From a virus: 64,000 nucleotides of DNA. Positions 1-10,346 of this stretch are shown here, piece by piece. The notes under the pieces were generated by a model. It saw only the letters and a list, made by a program, of their open reading frames with translations. It was not told the DNA's origin and did no database searches. The stretch's first letter is position 1, and the number at the start of each line of letters is the position of its first letter. The stretch covers positions 1 through 64,000 of the IMG/VR virus record IMGVR_UViG_3300042453_004661. One strand, 5' to 3'. A program made the position numbers and the translations under genes.

Positions 1-1
1 C

Positions 2-214
2 AATAAAGATAATGGGGCTCTGTCCACTTCTACTACTTCTTATCCCACTTCCGGAGCTGTTAAAACCTATGTAGATAATGGATTGGCAACCAAACAAGAC
101 TCTCTTGGCTTTACTCCAGAAGATGTATCTAATAAAGACAACGGGGCGCTATCTACTTCATCAACTAGCTATCCAACCTCTGGAGCTGTTAAAACCTATG
201 TAGATAATGGATTG
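2..214 (+). repeat. Tandem coding repeat, 129 bp period
   Basis: aataaaga...ggagctgttaaaacctatgtagataatggattg starts at both 2 and 131. Confidence 0.9.
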
Positions 215-763
215 TCTGGGAAGTCAGATACTGGCCATACACATACTACCGCAACCACATCATCAAGCGGATTTATGTCTAGCTCTGACAAGAATAAGCT
301 AGATCAGCTAAGGGCAAGAATTATTGGGCCAGGAACTTTATTGCAGTTTAGCGGTACGCTGTTTCAGAATAGTGGCTATGTTCCTGGAATAGGCGTAAAT
401 AGCACTCCATCTGCATTTGGATTCTTTTCTGTGCAAAATACCAATTTTTTATTTAATCCAGTTGAATTATTTGGGCCCAACAGGCAATACAGGATCAGGG
501 CAATCAGGAGACAGGATGGGGCATTTAACGATGGGACCCATTGTATGATTCGAGTCGTTTCAGGATCTTCTCCTGAAGCAGGGGTCCCAGGCCTTTTAGA
601 TTTTGGGTCCGGCATAAACTCTTACGCTCAAGCAGTATCAGACATCATAACTGCTCCATCTTCTTCAACAAATATGTGGTTCAGGGTGTATTTTGCCTCG
701 TATAATGGAGGTAATGGAGCCACAGTACAGGATGTCACTCTTTATATCGAAGAGGTAATATAA
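2..763 (+). CDS. Tail fibre protein, C-terminal part (5'-truncated by the window edge)
   Basis: The frame is open from position 2, so the TTG start at 83 is artefactual. It has a 43-aa repeat (NKDNGALSTSxTSYPTSGAVKTYVDNGL) and an HTH motif plus GFMSSSDKNKLD, both typical of phage fibres. Confidence 0.75.
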   Translation, partial: NKDNGALSTSTTSYPTSGAVKTYVDNGLATKQDSLGFTPEDVSNKDNGALSTSSTSYPTSGAVKTYVDNGLSGKSDTGHTHTTATTSSSGFMSSSDKNKLDQLRARIIGPGTLLQFSGTLFQNSGYVPGIGVNSTPSAFGFFSVQNTNFLFNPVELFGPNRQYRIRAIRRQDGAFNDGTHCMIRVVSGSSPEAGVPGLLDFGSGINSYAQAVSDIITAPSSSTNMWFRVYFASYNGGNGATVQDVTLYIEEVI

Positions 764-781
764 CAATAAGGGGAAATCAAA

Positions 782-3517
782 ATGGCTAATAAAAAGATCA
801 CAGAACTCAACGAACTTACAGCACCAGCAGGCGCAGATGCATTGCCAGTGGTTGATGTATCCTCTTCGGAAACCAAGAAGATTAAACTAGAAAATCTTCC
901 CGTTTCAATTCCCGCACAGGATGCTCTGAATTTAAAGGCAAATTCTGCCGATGTATATACAAAGGCTGAGCTAGATCAAAAAATTCGTAGAGCCAAAAAA
1001 ACCATAAGCATCCAGCTTGATACTCCAAGTCCAAATCCGTCCATAGCCCCTGGGGCATCTCATACTTATGTTATAGATCTTGGCGCCCAATATGAGCAAG
1101 TCGCCCTGACTAATTTCCAATGGGTAGCTCCCTCAAATATTTCCTCTGTTCCTGATGCAGTTGTTGCAAATGCATGTTTTCCAAAGCAATCTTATGGTGG
1201 CGTTTTGATCGTAAATAAAACCCCGGGAGGATGGGTTCGGTCTTTTGAGATGGCCGTTTCAGAATATCAAAGTGGAGACCCCTCTGATGTTGACGCACCC
1301 TGGTCTGCAGACTCTTCAGATATTGATGCTCCATTAGGATATGGAAGTAGCGCATTGCAAGTCCCAATCGACCATACCGCTGTTCAAACACTTCCCCCCA
1401 AAAAATTACAGATCGAAGACATCTACATTGATGGACAAAATCTAAAAGTAACAATTAAGAATTATGATTCTGTATCTATTGATCTGAGTCCATATGTAGG
1501 CGTTACCGGATTGTTTGACGAAGAAAGAAATGCTAACATTGGAGCAGTTTCAGAAAATGGGACCATTGCATATAGTGCATGGTGGAGCCCAGAGGTTAGG
1601 GTGTCCGAAGATGGTGGGAAAACTTTCTTTCATGTATTCCCAACTAAAAATCAACCCTCAGATTCTTCTAGCGTGCCCCAAAGATTGTCTTCAATGGCCT
1701 TAACAAACAATTCTACAAATACATTTTTGGGATTGTTTAATTATTCATTTGTAAAAGTTGCCCAGTCTCCAGGATATATTTTTGAAAATAGATATAATGT
1801 TAAAACAAATCTTGGAAACAACTTTAATCCAACATTAGTAGCCCCACTGAATGCCTCAAGGCCAGCCGGAGGTAAAACATTTGATTGGAAAAAAACAGAT
1901 TCAGAATCATGCTCATTATTTGCCGGATTCATGAATTATTATTCAATAGCTGTATACAAGTCTGTCGATGACTGCTATAGCTATGGCAATAATGCCCCTG
2001 ACTTTGACAACAACCAACCTATTTTTAATTCAGATGGATTTGTTTCAAGCGACCTTCCTGATTTTAGGAATGCCTCAACTCAATATGAATCTTATGGAAA
2101 TGTTGAACTGACAAAAGCTGAAGTTAAAGTAATCAATAATGATGTTCACTATTTGTCTCTTTCTTATTGGTCAAAAGATGAAACCTTCAATAACGGACTT
2201 CCATCAACTGATGTAATTATTGGACCCCAAACGATCATTGGACAATCTAGTGTCCCATTTGAATTACGCTCATGCGAAGTCGCATTCGTAGTCCCTTATT
2301 ATTTTAATTCTGCATTTGGAAAATTCAAGATAGAAGGATCAACTTTAGGAAACGATTCTTTGAATACGACCTACAGCACAGGCTTTAATGCGCCAATGGA
2401 AGTCTATTACGCTGGAGGAGGCATATTCGGTGCGGAAGCTGTAACGATGGAGTCAAGCGAGATTGCCATTCCAGAAGCCCAATGGAATGCCAATACAACG
2501 CATTCAATCAACTCTGTCACATATGGCCCTGCAGTAGGGGATGAAATAGAAACTTTCTACAACGCATCTGGAAACGCAAGAATTCTTGGAATTAGAACTG
2601 CGACTATTGATGGGCAACCGTATGTCATTATAAAGCAAGGAACAGTATTCCAGGGCGATTCAGTGCAATTCTTTACTTATTCAATAGAAGATGGCGGAGG
2701 AAGTCCATTACCATTTTGGTATGTAAGACACAAGATTTCTTCAGGTCGCTATTACAACATGAATGGAAAACAGTATTGGGTATTCGTCAGCTCAGGCACT
2801 ACTTTCAATTCGGAGTCATCGCCTACCGCCGACCCATCGTCCACAAGTCCAAATCTTAAACATACTTTCGTTTTAGATTGCGGAACCATGAAGCAGAAGC
2901 TGCTTAAGACGACAGATGGCGGAGATACCTGGGACAGCATTATGGAGCATGATGATTTTAGGTATGCAAATTATCACACTTTTTACTCATCAAATGATGG
3001 CCAAACACTAATGCTTGCGATCATGAAATATTGGAGTTCTATTGGATATGAAAAATTTCCATATCCAATGAACCCTTCTGAAATGGGTGGATATGCTCGT
3101 TTTAATATCTCTACCGATGGCGGAGCGACATGGAGAAATGCTCCCGGATCTTGGGATTACTTGGGTAAAAATCTTGTCAATACATCCGTAAGCTCAACTA
3201 ATAAGGCAATTTCAGGAAGATCTCCAGTCGGTCAAGTGATGGGAAAAATTGATAATGAAGTTTTAGCTATCATGATAAATGATGACCGAATTCCTGTTCT
3301 TTATCGGTCAACCGATAATGGCATAACTTGGTCTGCTCCGGTTCAGCTAAAAAATGTATCAAATACCCAAGGGGTATTTGAAGGATACTCACCAGATTCA
3401 AAAGATCAATTCCTGGCCTTTTTTGGACATCATTACAGCCTCAACTCAGATCAGTATATTTACTATGGAGCTAAAGTTGAAAGCTATACTCAATGGAAAG
3501 GTTTTGGCGTTAAATAA
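782..3517 (+). CDS. Putative receptor-binding/tail appendage protein with BNR/Asp-box (sialidase-like) repeats
   Basis: The N-terminus MANKKITELNEL...ALPVVD is typical of virion appendage proteins. Asp boxes: SEDGGKTF, TTDGGDTW, STDGGATW, STDNGITW. SD-like aagggg upstream. Confidence 0.65.
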   Translation: MANKKITELNELTAPAGADALPVVDVSSSETKKIKLENLPVSIPAQDALNLKANSADVYTKAELDQKIRRAKKTISIQLDTPSPNPSIAPGASHTYVIDLGAQYEQVALTNFQWVAPSNISSVPDAVVANACFPKQSYGGVLIVNKTPGGWVRSFEMAVSEYQSGDPSDVDAPWSADSSDIDAPLGYGSSALQVPIDHTAVQTLPPKKLQIEDIYIDGQNLKVTIKNYDSVSIDLSPYVGVTGLFDEERNANIGAVSENGTIAYSAWWSPEVRVSEDGGKTFFHVFPTKNQPSDSSSVPQRLSSMALTNNSTNTFLGLFNYSFVKVAQSPGYIFENRYNVKTNLGNNFNPTLVAPLNASRPAGGKTFDWKKTDSESCSLFAGFMNYYSIAVYKSVDDCYSYGNNAPDFDNNQPIFNSDGFVSSDLPDFRNASTQYESYGNVELTKAEVKVINNDVHYLSLSYWSKDETFNNGLPSTDVIIGPQTIIGQSSVPFELRSCEVAFVVPYYFNSAFGKFKIEGSTLGNDSLNTTYSTGFNAPMEVYYAGGGIFGAEAVTMESSEIAIPEAQWNANTTHSINSVTYGPAVGDEIETFYNASGNARILGIRTATIDGQPYVIIKQGTVFQGDSVQFFTYSIEDGGGSPLPFWYVRHKISSGRYYNMNGKQYWVFVSSGTTFNSESSPTADPSSTSPNLKHTFVLDCGTMKQKLLKTTDGGDTWDSIMEHDDFRYANYHTFYSSNDGQTLMLAIMKYWSSIGYEKFPYPMNPSEMGGYARFNISTDGGATWRNAPGSWDYLGKNLVNTSVSSTNKAISGRSPVGQVMGKIDNEVLAIMINDDRIPVLYRSTDNGITWSAPVQLKNVSNTQGVFEGYSPDSKDQFLAFFGHHYSLNSDQYIYYGAKVESYTQWKGFGVK

Positions 3518-4692
3518 TGCTTAATGTTGTCTATGTCCTCAGTGATTCTCCGGTAAAGCCATGCGGAGGCCTTGGTGAGCGTGTGTCGAAGATGATTCCA
3601 TTTCTTGAAAAAGAAATGAATATCTTTATATATTGTGCTGGCCAAGGCGGAAAAGTTTCAAATACTGAGTGCAAAGATCTACAAATAGAAGTACCTGATT
3701 ACGGAAACCCATATCCCCTTTTCTTTGCTAATTTTGTCATGGATAATCCCCCACCATTTAAGCCCGATGTGGTAATTGCAACAGACTATGGAACGATCAT
3801 GGCTGCAAAAACATTGGCAAAAATATATGGAGCAAAATTAGTAACAGAATTCCATTTAGCTTATTATTCTCTAAGAAAAGTAATAAATGAGTCTGAATTA
3901 GTTGGCGACATGAAGCTTGATCAGGCAGCTAAGATGGTTAGTTTAATTGAAGAGACTGGCGCAACATCTTCAGACTTGGTTATAGGGTGTTCTTCGTCTT
4001 ATGCAAAAGACTTGCCATGGCCCGCTAAAAAAGTCGTTGCCATACAGAACGGAATAGACTTTGATAAGTATCAAGTCCCGAGTGAGCCATATCAATTTAA
4101 GGGTGGCAAAAAGAAGAATATTGTTTTTATTGGGCGCATCAATACTCAAAAAGGCGTTAAGCATCTTCTTGATTACTATCATGTATTTGATGGCCACAAA
4201 AAAGCTCTTGTTTATATTCCGGATGAGCATAGACTTAAGCTTCCCGAAGATACAGCCCTACATTTTGTCGGGGGCCCGGTAGGAAGCGATCAGTTTCATG
4301 CCCTTATTGAAACTGTTAAAAATAGTGATCAAAAATTTCATATTCCATTTGTTAGCGGTCAAGAAAAGATCAATCTTCTTAAGTCAGCCGATGCCATAGT
4401 ATTTCCATCGATTCATGAGCCCTTCGGGATTGTTGGGCTAGAAGCTTTTGCTTCTGGCGTACCCCTTATCACCACGGGCGTCGATGGAATTGCAGACTAT
4501 GCAAATGAATCTAATTCCATTCTATGTTCTCCGTCAGCCCGGTCCGTTCGAGAGGCCATAGATAAGCTACTCTCTATGGATAAAGAAGACATTAAAAAGA
4601 TGACCGAGAATGGCAAGAAAGTGGCCAAAAAATTCCGGTGGGATGAAATAGCGAATCAAATGATCGCAGAGATTAAAAGCATAATGGATTAA
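3517..4692 (+). CDS. GT-B glycosyltransferase, family 4
   Basis: Motifs GGLG, FIGRINTQKG and PSIHEPFGIVGLEA (E-x7-E). Confidence 0.9.
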   Translation: MLNVVYVLSDSPVKPCGGLGERVSKMIPFLEKEMNIFIYCAGQGGKVSNTECKDLQIEVPDYGNPYPLFFANFVMDNPPPFKPDVVIATDYGTIMAAKTLAKIYGAKLVTEFHLAYYSLRKVINESELVGDMKLDQAAKMVSLIEETGATSSDLVIGCSSSYAKDLPWPAKKVVAIQNGIDFDKYQVPSEPYQFKGGKKKNIVFIGRINTQKGVKHLLDYYHVFDGHKKALVYIPDEHRLKLPEDTALHFVGGPVGSDQFHALIETVKNSDQKFHIPFVSGQEKINLLKSADAIVFPSIHEPFGIVGLEAFASGVPLITTGVDGIADYANESNSILCSPSARSVREAIDKLLSMDKEDIKKMTENGKKVAKKFRWDEIANQMIAEIKSIMD

Positions 4693-4695
4693 GCC

Positions 4696-5178
4696 ATGGA
4701 CGACAAAAAGGATCTAAAAAATCAGCTTTCAGAAATTGAGACATCACTAACGATGATGGATCATAAGATTGAAAATCACATTGAAAGCTCAAATAGATCC
4801 CATGAAATGGTTCGTTCAGATATTGAATCAATAGATCGTAGACAGGAGCGTCTTGAGGCTAAGATGGATTCATTTTTTGAATCGATATCTACGCTAAAGG
4901 AAGAGATGTCTAAGATGAATATCAACATGGCTACCTACAATGCCCAGCTTGCAGAGCATATGAGGCGCACAGCCCTAAACGAAGCCAGGCTAGATAAGAT
5001 GGAAGAGATAGCAGAGCTTCTGTCACAAAAGGACGCCGGGCATGAAAAAGAGCTTTCTAAGCTTAAAATTGTTAGCAGTACAGTGGTAAAAGTTTTTGTG
5101 GCAATCGCTGGTACAATAGGTATTGTTTGGACTCTAATGCAAATTTTGGATTTCATGTATAAAAGGATTTGGTCATGA
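4696..5178 (+). CDS. Coiled-coil protein with a C-terminal TM helix (XhlA/holin-associated-like)
   Basis: Heptad-rich N-terminus and hydrophobic VFVAIAGTIGIVWTLMQIL. Confidence 0.5.
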   Translation: MDDKKDLKNQLSEIETSLTMMDHKIENHIESSNRSHEMVRSDIESIDRRQERLEAKMDSFFESISTLKEEMSKMNINMATYNAQLAEHMRRTALNEARLDKMEEIAELLSQKDAGHEKELSKLKIVSSTVVKVFVAIAGTIGIVWTLMQILDFMYKRIWS

Positions 5179-5471
5179 ATGAAAAGCTAAAAGAGTTCAT
5201 TCAGAAATTAAACAAAAAAGGAATCCCGCTTCCGATGGTGCGAGATCCCAAAACTGGCGAAAGCTCAGTTACTTTGACTCTAGTGTTTATTAGCTTTAAT
5301 ACGGCACTGGTCGGACAGGTAGGTAAGATCGCCGGGATTCTTGGCGGTATAGACCTTACCCAAGCAAACTACTTGTTTTTAATGTGTCTGGGGGCATACC
5401 TTGGGCGCAAAATGCAAGGTGACAGTAGAAATTTAGAAATGGATGGAGATAAAGATGGCAAAAAAGAATAA
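5175..5471 (+). CDS. Small two-TM membrane protein, putative holin
   Basis: Two hydrophobic segments and a charged C-terminus. ATGA overlap with the upstream stop. Confidence 0.45.
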   Translation: MNEKLKEFIQKLNKKGIPLPMVRDPKTGESSVTLTLVFISFNTALVGQVGKIAGILGGIDLTQANYLFLMCLGAYLGRKMQGDSRNLEMDGDKDGKKE

Positions 5472-5808
5472 ATCGATAGACCCGGCCAAGATTGGCATTT
5501 CAAGCTATGATGCAAGGGCCCAAGTTCAGAAGAATTCTGATGCTGGACTCTCATGGAAGCCATTGGGATCAATCTCTACTGCTGTAAGGGTAGGAAAGAG
5601 TACCCCGGTTATGGTATTCAATAATTCAGGATCGGTCAATCTAGTGGCCTTTGGCGACGCTTCTGTTGCAGCCCCTACTGATCCATCCAATGGATTGCCA
5701 GTAAATGAATATGAGCGAGTCGTTTTCAATTCTGGCGAAAACGAATATATTAGATCCAATAGTGCATTGGTATTCGTTTACACCTCCGATCCAGAAATAA
5801 ATCAGTAA
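5455..5808 (+). CDS. Hypothetical protein, possibly virion structural
   Basis: ATG 5455 follows ggag; beta-rich composition. Confidence 0.55.
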   Translation: MAKKNKSIDPAKIGISSYDARAQVQKNSDAGLSWKPLGSISTAVRVGKSTPVMVFNNSGSVNLVAFGDASVAAPTDPSNGLPVNEYERVVFNSGENEYIRSNSALVFVYTSDPEINQ

Positions 5809-5817
5809 AAAAAGATA

Positions 5818-5847
5818 TTGACCCTGACCCCTATAGGGTGGTAATAT
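5818..5847 (+). promoter_or_regulatory. sigma70-like promoter
   Basis: TTGACC-18-TAATAT with an extended TG; the ATG lies 6 nt downstream. Confidence 0.55.
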
Positions 5848-5853
5848 GTTCTT

Positions 5854-6573
5854 ATGAATAAGACTTTTGCCATCCTGATGTCAGCACTTTTGGTTTCTAC
5901 TCCTTGCTACTCCAAGCCTAAAACTATCAAGGTAGCAGTAATTGATACAGGTTTGGATCGTAATGACCACAGATTTAAAAATGTTCTCTGCAAAGATGGC
6001 CACTTTAACTTTGTCAATAACTCTACTGACACCACTGATAACAATGGTCATGGAACCCACATTGCTGGCTTGATTAAACAGCATGCCGGAGTAAAGGGTT
6101 ATTGCCTTGTAATTCTTAAGTATTTTGACAACAGCTCAAAAGATACCTTGCCTGCATTCATCAAAGCTGTTAAGCACGCCAATTCTATCGGCGCAAATAT
6201 TGTAAACTTTTCTGGTGGAGGAAGTATGTTTGAAATTGCTGAGTTTGAAGCAATCAAACAGGCTAGTAAGGTAAAGTTCATTGTCGCTGCAGGCAATAAT
6301 GGTAGCGATATTTCGTCCTCTTTTTCTAAATTTTATCCGGCTTCATATGATCTTCCAAATGTAATGCCAGTAGGCAATCTTGACCAATCCATGCAAAGAG
6401 CCCCCTCCTCTAATTTTGGAGACTCTAGAATTATCTGGGAGGTTGGAACCGACCTCAATTCCACAGCTCCATGCAAAATTGTTCAAAAGTGTGAAGCCAA
6501 AGCTACTGGCACAAGCCAGGCTACGGCTGTGTATACAGGGAAAATGATCAGGGGGATGATGCATGGATACTAA
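5854..6573 (+). CDS. Subtilisin-like S8 serine protease with signal peptide
   Basis: VIDTG (Asp), HGTHIAG (His), AAGN (oxyanion Asn), GTSQAT (Ser), and a hydrophobic N-terminal leader. Confidence 0.92.
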   Translation: MNKTFAILMSALLVSTPCYSKPKTIKVAVIDTGLDRNDHRFKNVLCKDGHFNFVNNSTDTTDNNGHGTHIAGLIKQHAGVKGYCLVILKYFDNSSKDTLPAFIKAVKHANSIGANIVNFSGGGSMFEIAEFEAIKQASKVKFIVAAGNNGSDISSSFSKFYPASYDLPNVMPVGNLDQSMQRAPSSNFGDSRIIWEVGTDLNSTAPCKIVQKCEAKATGTSQATAVYTGKMIRGMMHGY

Positions 6574-7318
6574 TTTCAGAAGAATTTATGCTATCCCAGA
6601 CATCCATGGGATGCTTACCGTCCTTGAGCGTGGGTTCGAGATGATGGAAAAGGATGGATATGATCCACAAAAAGATGCCCTTGTATTCACAGGGGACCTG
6701 ATTGACCGTGGCCCGAATAGCTATGGGGTCGTTGAAAAAGTCATTTCTTTGGTTAGAAAAAATCCAAAGAGCGTTTTTGCTATCCGAGGCAATCATGAGG
6801 ACCTCCCCCTTAATTTTTATATTAAAAAAACCAATTCAGCATTTCAGACATGGCGATGGAATGGAATGGCATCTACTTTAAAATCTTATCCAAAACAGTC
6901 TGGTTTAGAGCCTATAATGACCAGGGAGCATCTGGCTTTTTTCCAAAGCAGACCTTATTATATCGAAATTCAAGGCTTTTTCTTTAGCCATGCCCCGGTT
7001 CCTATGGAGAGCGAGAGGCTCTTATCTAATACAGAATACACAGTAGAAGAATTGACCTGGAATTATCTTCATTTTCATGAAGAAATCTTTACCATGCCAC
7101 AACACCCGGGCCCCCTATCTAATGGAGGGGCTGGGGCTAAGCACCTTATTGGAATCTGTGGCCATATCCATAGGGGTCGGACTATGAATGATATAAGGCA
7201 ATACCCACAATATCGCCTGCTTGATTGCGGTTGCGGTAGCGTCCCGGGCTTCGGTAGGCTGGCTATCCATGAATGTATTTCTGGTAAAACCATGTATGTT
7301 GATACGGAAAAAGTTTGA
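6563..7318 (+). CDS. PPP-family metallophosphoesterase (lambda-PP/ApaH-like)
   Basis: Motifs DIHG, GDLIDRG, RGNHE, SHA and GHIH. Confidence 0.9.
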   Translation: MDTNFRRIYAIPDIHGMLTVLERGFEMMEKDGYDPQKDALVFTGDLIDRGPNSYGVVEKVISLVRKNPKSVFAIRGNHEDLPLNFYIKKTNSAFQTWRWNGMASTLKSYPKQSGLEPIMTREHLAFFQSRPYYIEIQGFFFSHAPVPMESERLLSNTEYTVEELTWNYLHFHEEIFTMPQHPGPLSNGGAGAKHLIGICGHIHRGRTMNDIRQYPQYRLLDCGCGSVPGFGRLAIHECISGKTMYVDTEKV

Positions 7319-7354
7319 TCCCTGTTCTGCCCTGTAGGCCTGATAATATAGTCT

Positions 7355-8227
7355 ATGGGCAAGAAAAACCCCGTCAAATCAAATCCCGGCGTCCTTAATA
7401 TGGGCCAAGTTCAACCCGGCTTCGAGCGGGTTGAGCCGATCATTAGCGTGGACAAGCTTAAGCGACAGTTTTTGTTCGGGATTCCACTCGTAAGTCAACT
7501 GACTGGCGAAGAGATGACTGACGATACGATCAAAGAAATTATCGGCCAAGCTATATCTGATTTTGAGACAGCAACCAGGGTTCCAGTTAGCCCTGTTAGG
7601 ATTAAAGATAGGTTTGACTTCAAGCGCCCTGATGACTTGGCTTTTTCTACTCGTCAGCTTACTCGCTGGCCAGTGATCGAGGTAGAAGCACTCCATGCCT
7701 TATTTCCGGGTCGCATGGACGGTCGCACAATGCCAAATGGTGATCCAATCAATGATCCAGAAAATCAAGCCAACAGCCAGGAGATTGAATATCCCTCAAG
7801 CTGGATTGAGATCGAGGGCGATTCCGGGCTCATGCGTATCATTCCCAAGTCCGGCTCTCTTGTAAATGCTGATATATCATTCATCGCAACCACAGGATAT
7901 CGCTCTATTCTCATGGGGGGCCTAAAGGAATGGCCATCTCTCTGGCGTATAACTTATAGAGCGGGGTTTGATCAGGATAAGATCCCCGGAGTCGTAAATA
8001 AGCTTATTGGTACTTTTGCAGCTATACAGGTAATCAGCAATTGCTACCCAGCTCTTGCCCCTACAAATTCTTTTGGGATTGGGCTAGATGGGATGTCACA
8101 ATCTGTAGGGATTCAGCTTGCCCAGCTTTTGATGGCCCGCATAAACGATCTCATTCAGGATCGAGATCGTCTAATCAATCAAATCAAAATGTATTACGGA
8201 ACTGACATGCAGTTCTCGATATTTTAA
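7355..8227 (+). CDS. Putative head-tail adaptor/neck protein
   Basis: Position among structural genes. LKRQFLFGIPL, ITYRAGF and GLDGMSQS resemble large-myovirus neck proteins. Confidence 0.55.
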   Translation: MGKKNPVKSNPGVLNMGQVQPGFERVEPIISVDKLKRQFLFGIPLVSQLTGEEMTDDTIKEIIGQAISDFETATRVPVSPVRIKDRFDFKRPDDLAFSTRQLTRWPVIEVEALHALFPGRMDGRTMPNGDPINDPENQANSQEIEYPSSWIEIEGDSGLMRIIPKSGSLVNADISFIATTGYRSILMGGLKEWPSLWRITYRAGFDQDKIPGVVNKLIGTFAAIQVISNCYPALAPTNSFGIGLDGMSQSVGIQLAQLLMARINDLIQDRDRLINQIKMYYGTDMQFSIF

Positions 8228-8235
8228 GGAGACAT

Positions 8236-8649
8236 ATGAGGCTACAAGTAAAGATGCTTTCCAGAAGCTCAAGCCTAAACTGCCTAAAGCATGTTTCAAC
8301 CGTAGAGTTTGCTAGGGGAGAAACTCTTAACTTAATGTTTCAGCTTTTTGATGCAGACACAGGACTTCGATATGTACCAGCATCGGGTGCAACTGTCCAG
8401 GTTCAAATACCACGGTATCTTGAGTACATTCCTACAATGCAGGATGAGCCAATCCCTACCGATTATTCTGTAAACCAACCAGCAACACAGCCTTATGCTG
8501 GAGATGCATCCATATGGTCTACCCCCCTTGTGGCTTCACAGACCTCCAAGATGACATCTCAAAATGTAAAATTCATCCTTACAGAAGGCACGAATGTAAC
8601 AATATCCTCAGTAAAGTTTGCTATCACAGTTTCTGGTGATCAGGAGTAA
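8236..8649 (+). CDS. Hypothetical virion protein
   Basis: ORF with SD aggag in the structural operon. Confidence 0.55.
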   Translation: MRLQVKMLSRSSSLNCLKHVSTVEFARGETLNLMFQLFDADTGLRYVPASGATVQVQIPRYLEYIPTMQDEPIPTDYSVNQPATQPYAGDASIWSTPLVASQTSKMTSQNVKFILTEGTNVTISSVKFAITVSGDQE

Positions 8650-8651
8650 GT

Positions 8652-9452
8652 ATGGCCCACATTAAGACAAAGCACTCAGAATTTGCTGTCGAGAGCCTGA
8701 TTAACGCCTCAAGAGCAATGAGAGAAGGAAGCCACGAAGAGGCCGAAAAGCATTTTGAAGCTGCAGACGCAGCCATCGGAAGGCATGTAGAGTACCTTAA
8801 CAGCATTGGTGAGACTGCAGAAGCAAATCATTCTAAGAACATGTATGAAGGCCAAAAAAGGGTAATGCGTAGTGCCCACAAGCTAAAAATTAAAGATGCA
8901 AAAAAGTCAGAGGCAAGCGTCAACCAAGTAGGTAAGGGCATATTCTTAAAGTCAGAATTTTCTAAACCAAAATCAACCCCATCAGGAAATCCACGGTACT
9001 CCTATAAGGGATTGCATGAACTTCATCCCGAGGACAGGCAGAAAGTTTTGGGAATGAGCGGAAGCCCATCCATGTATCCCGGGGCCGACCATCACAAATT
9101 TGTTTATCCTACCGATTCATCTGGTCGATTAGTTCATTCTCAAAGAATTTCAGCTCCAGCAGGACACGATTTCGAGGCTGCAAAAGCTTCTATGCAAGAA
9201 TCATCTGGTGGTATTAAGTATTCTGAAGGGCAAGGAGTTAGGGTTCATGATCCAGCCCATGAGCTTCACGGAAAACTAGGCCTAGTTCAATTGCCAAATC
9301 CATCATACCCCAATAAGGTTCAAGTCATGTTTGCTGGTGGCAGAAGAGAATTCCTGGACCAATCGAAGATTCAGCCGAGCGGATCAAAGATGGCAAAGGC
9401 TCTTGCCACAGTAATCAACATCAAATCGTACCTAGGTAAGAAAAAGATTTAA
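8652..9452 (+). CDS. His/Lys-rich hypothetical protein, candidate head-cargo protein
   Basis: Contains AKKSE, FLKSE and MAKA, plus an SH3/KOW-like C-terminal segment. Confidence 0.5.
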   Translation: MAHIKTKHSEFAVESLINASRAMREGSHEEAEKHFEAADAAIGRHVEYLNSIGETAEANHSKNMYEGQKRVMRSAHKLKIKDAKKSEASVNQVGKGIFLKSEFSKPKSTPSGNPRYSYKGLHELHPEDRQKVLGMSGSPSMYPGADHHKFVYPTDSSGRLVHSQRISAPAGHDFEAAKASMQESSGGIKYSEGQGVRVHDPAHELHGKLGLVQLPNPSYPNKVQVMFAGGRREFLDQSKIQPSGSKMAKALATVINIKSYLGKKKI

Positions 9453-9454
9453 CT

Positions 9455-10306
9455 ATGTCACGAAAGGGGATGCCAAAACTACCTCAAATTCCAATGAAGG
9501 GGATATCGCAGATCCAAATGCCCAGCAATATACCGCTAGGCACTTTTAATCCCCAGTCTTTTGAAAAGCTTATTGGCGAAATGGGCATTCGCCTTGTCCA
9601 TGCGAGGCCGATACCCAGCCCTCGAGTTAAGGATGTCCGTGGCGATGATATAGATCCATCAGACAACGAGGCTGAAAATGGATTTTTCTATTATGGCCAC
9701 AAAGACTTTACAGGCACATTCATGTCCAATAGTCTTGATCGTCGCTTTAATATAAATGGTACTTTTGATGGCGATCAGGCCGTAATAGTAATCCCAACAA
9801 AATATGCCGATGGGTCCGAAATGGACATTCAGATATTTGATCGCATCATAGCTCCAGATCTTACTGTCCGATACTATCAACGAGTAGAGCATGATCAGAC
9901 AGGAATCGATAGACTTCATTTCCCAGCCGTTAAAGTTGACTTTATTATGGATGCCCATGACCGTCAGTATGCAGAAGGCATCGACTTTCAAATAGACCCA
10001 AGAGGCAGAATCGAATGGCTTCCTGGAGGCAACAGGCCAGGATATGATCCGGTGATGAATTCTGGTGTTATTTACTCAGTAAACTATTATTGTAGACCAG
10101 TTTTTACCGTTATATCTCTACCTCACCAGCTTCGTGCTACACAGACTAGGGGCCCATCCGGTCCCGGGACTCCAAATGTTCAGCATAGATATCCACAACT
10201 TGCCGTTGTAAGGAAAGATTTTGTGCCATTTGATCCAAATGATCAAGTAGGGCCAAGAACTGGCGATGAGCCTGATTATGGATCTGTAAGGGGTCCAAGA
10301 AGATAG
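9455..10306 (+). CDS. Putative neck/head-closure protein
   Basis: Position in the neck cluster and motifs FDRII, EGIDF and YSVNY. Confidence 0.5.
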   Translation: MSRKGMPKLPQIPMKGISQIQMPSNIPLGTFNPQSFEKLIGEMGIRLVHARPIPSPRVKDVRGDDIDPSDNEAENGFFYYGHKDFTGTFMSNSLDRRFNINGTFDGDQAVIVIPTKYADGSEMDIQIFDRIIAPDLTVRYYQRVEHDQTGIDRLHFPAVKVDFIMDAHDRQYAEGIDFQIDPRGRIEWLPGGNRPGYDPVMNSGVIYSVNYYCRPVFTVISLPHQLRATQTRGPSGPGTPNVQHRYPQLAVVRKDFVPFDPNDQVGPRTGDEPDYGSVRGPRR

Positions 10307-10346
10307 TAGTAGACATTCTGCCAGATTTAGGGGATAATTAAATCGT

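Noticed and set aside
5854-6573. Subtilase as the protease that processes the K-S sites
   Set aside because: It has a signal peptide and its own promoter; a prohead protease outside the window is more plausible.
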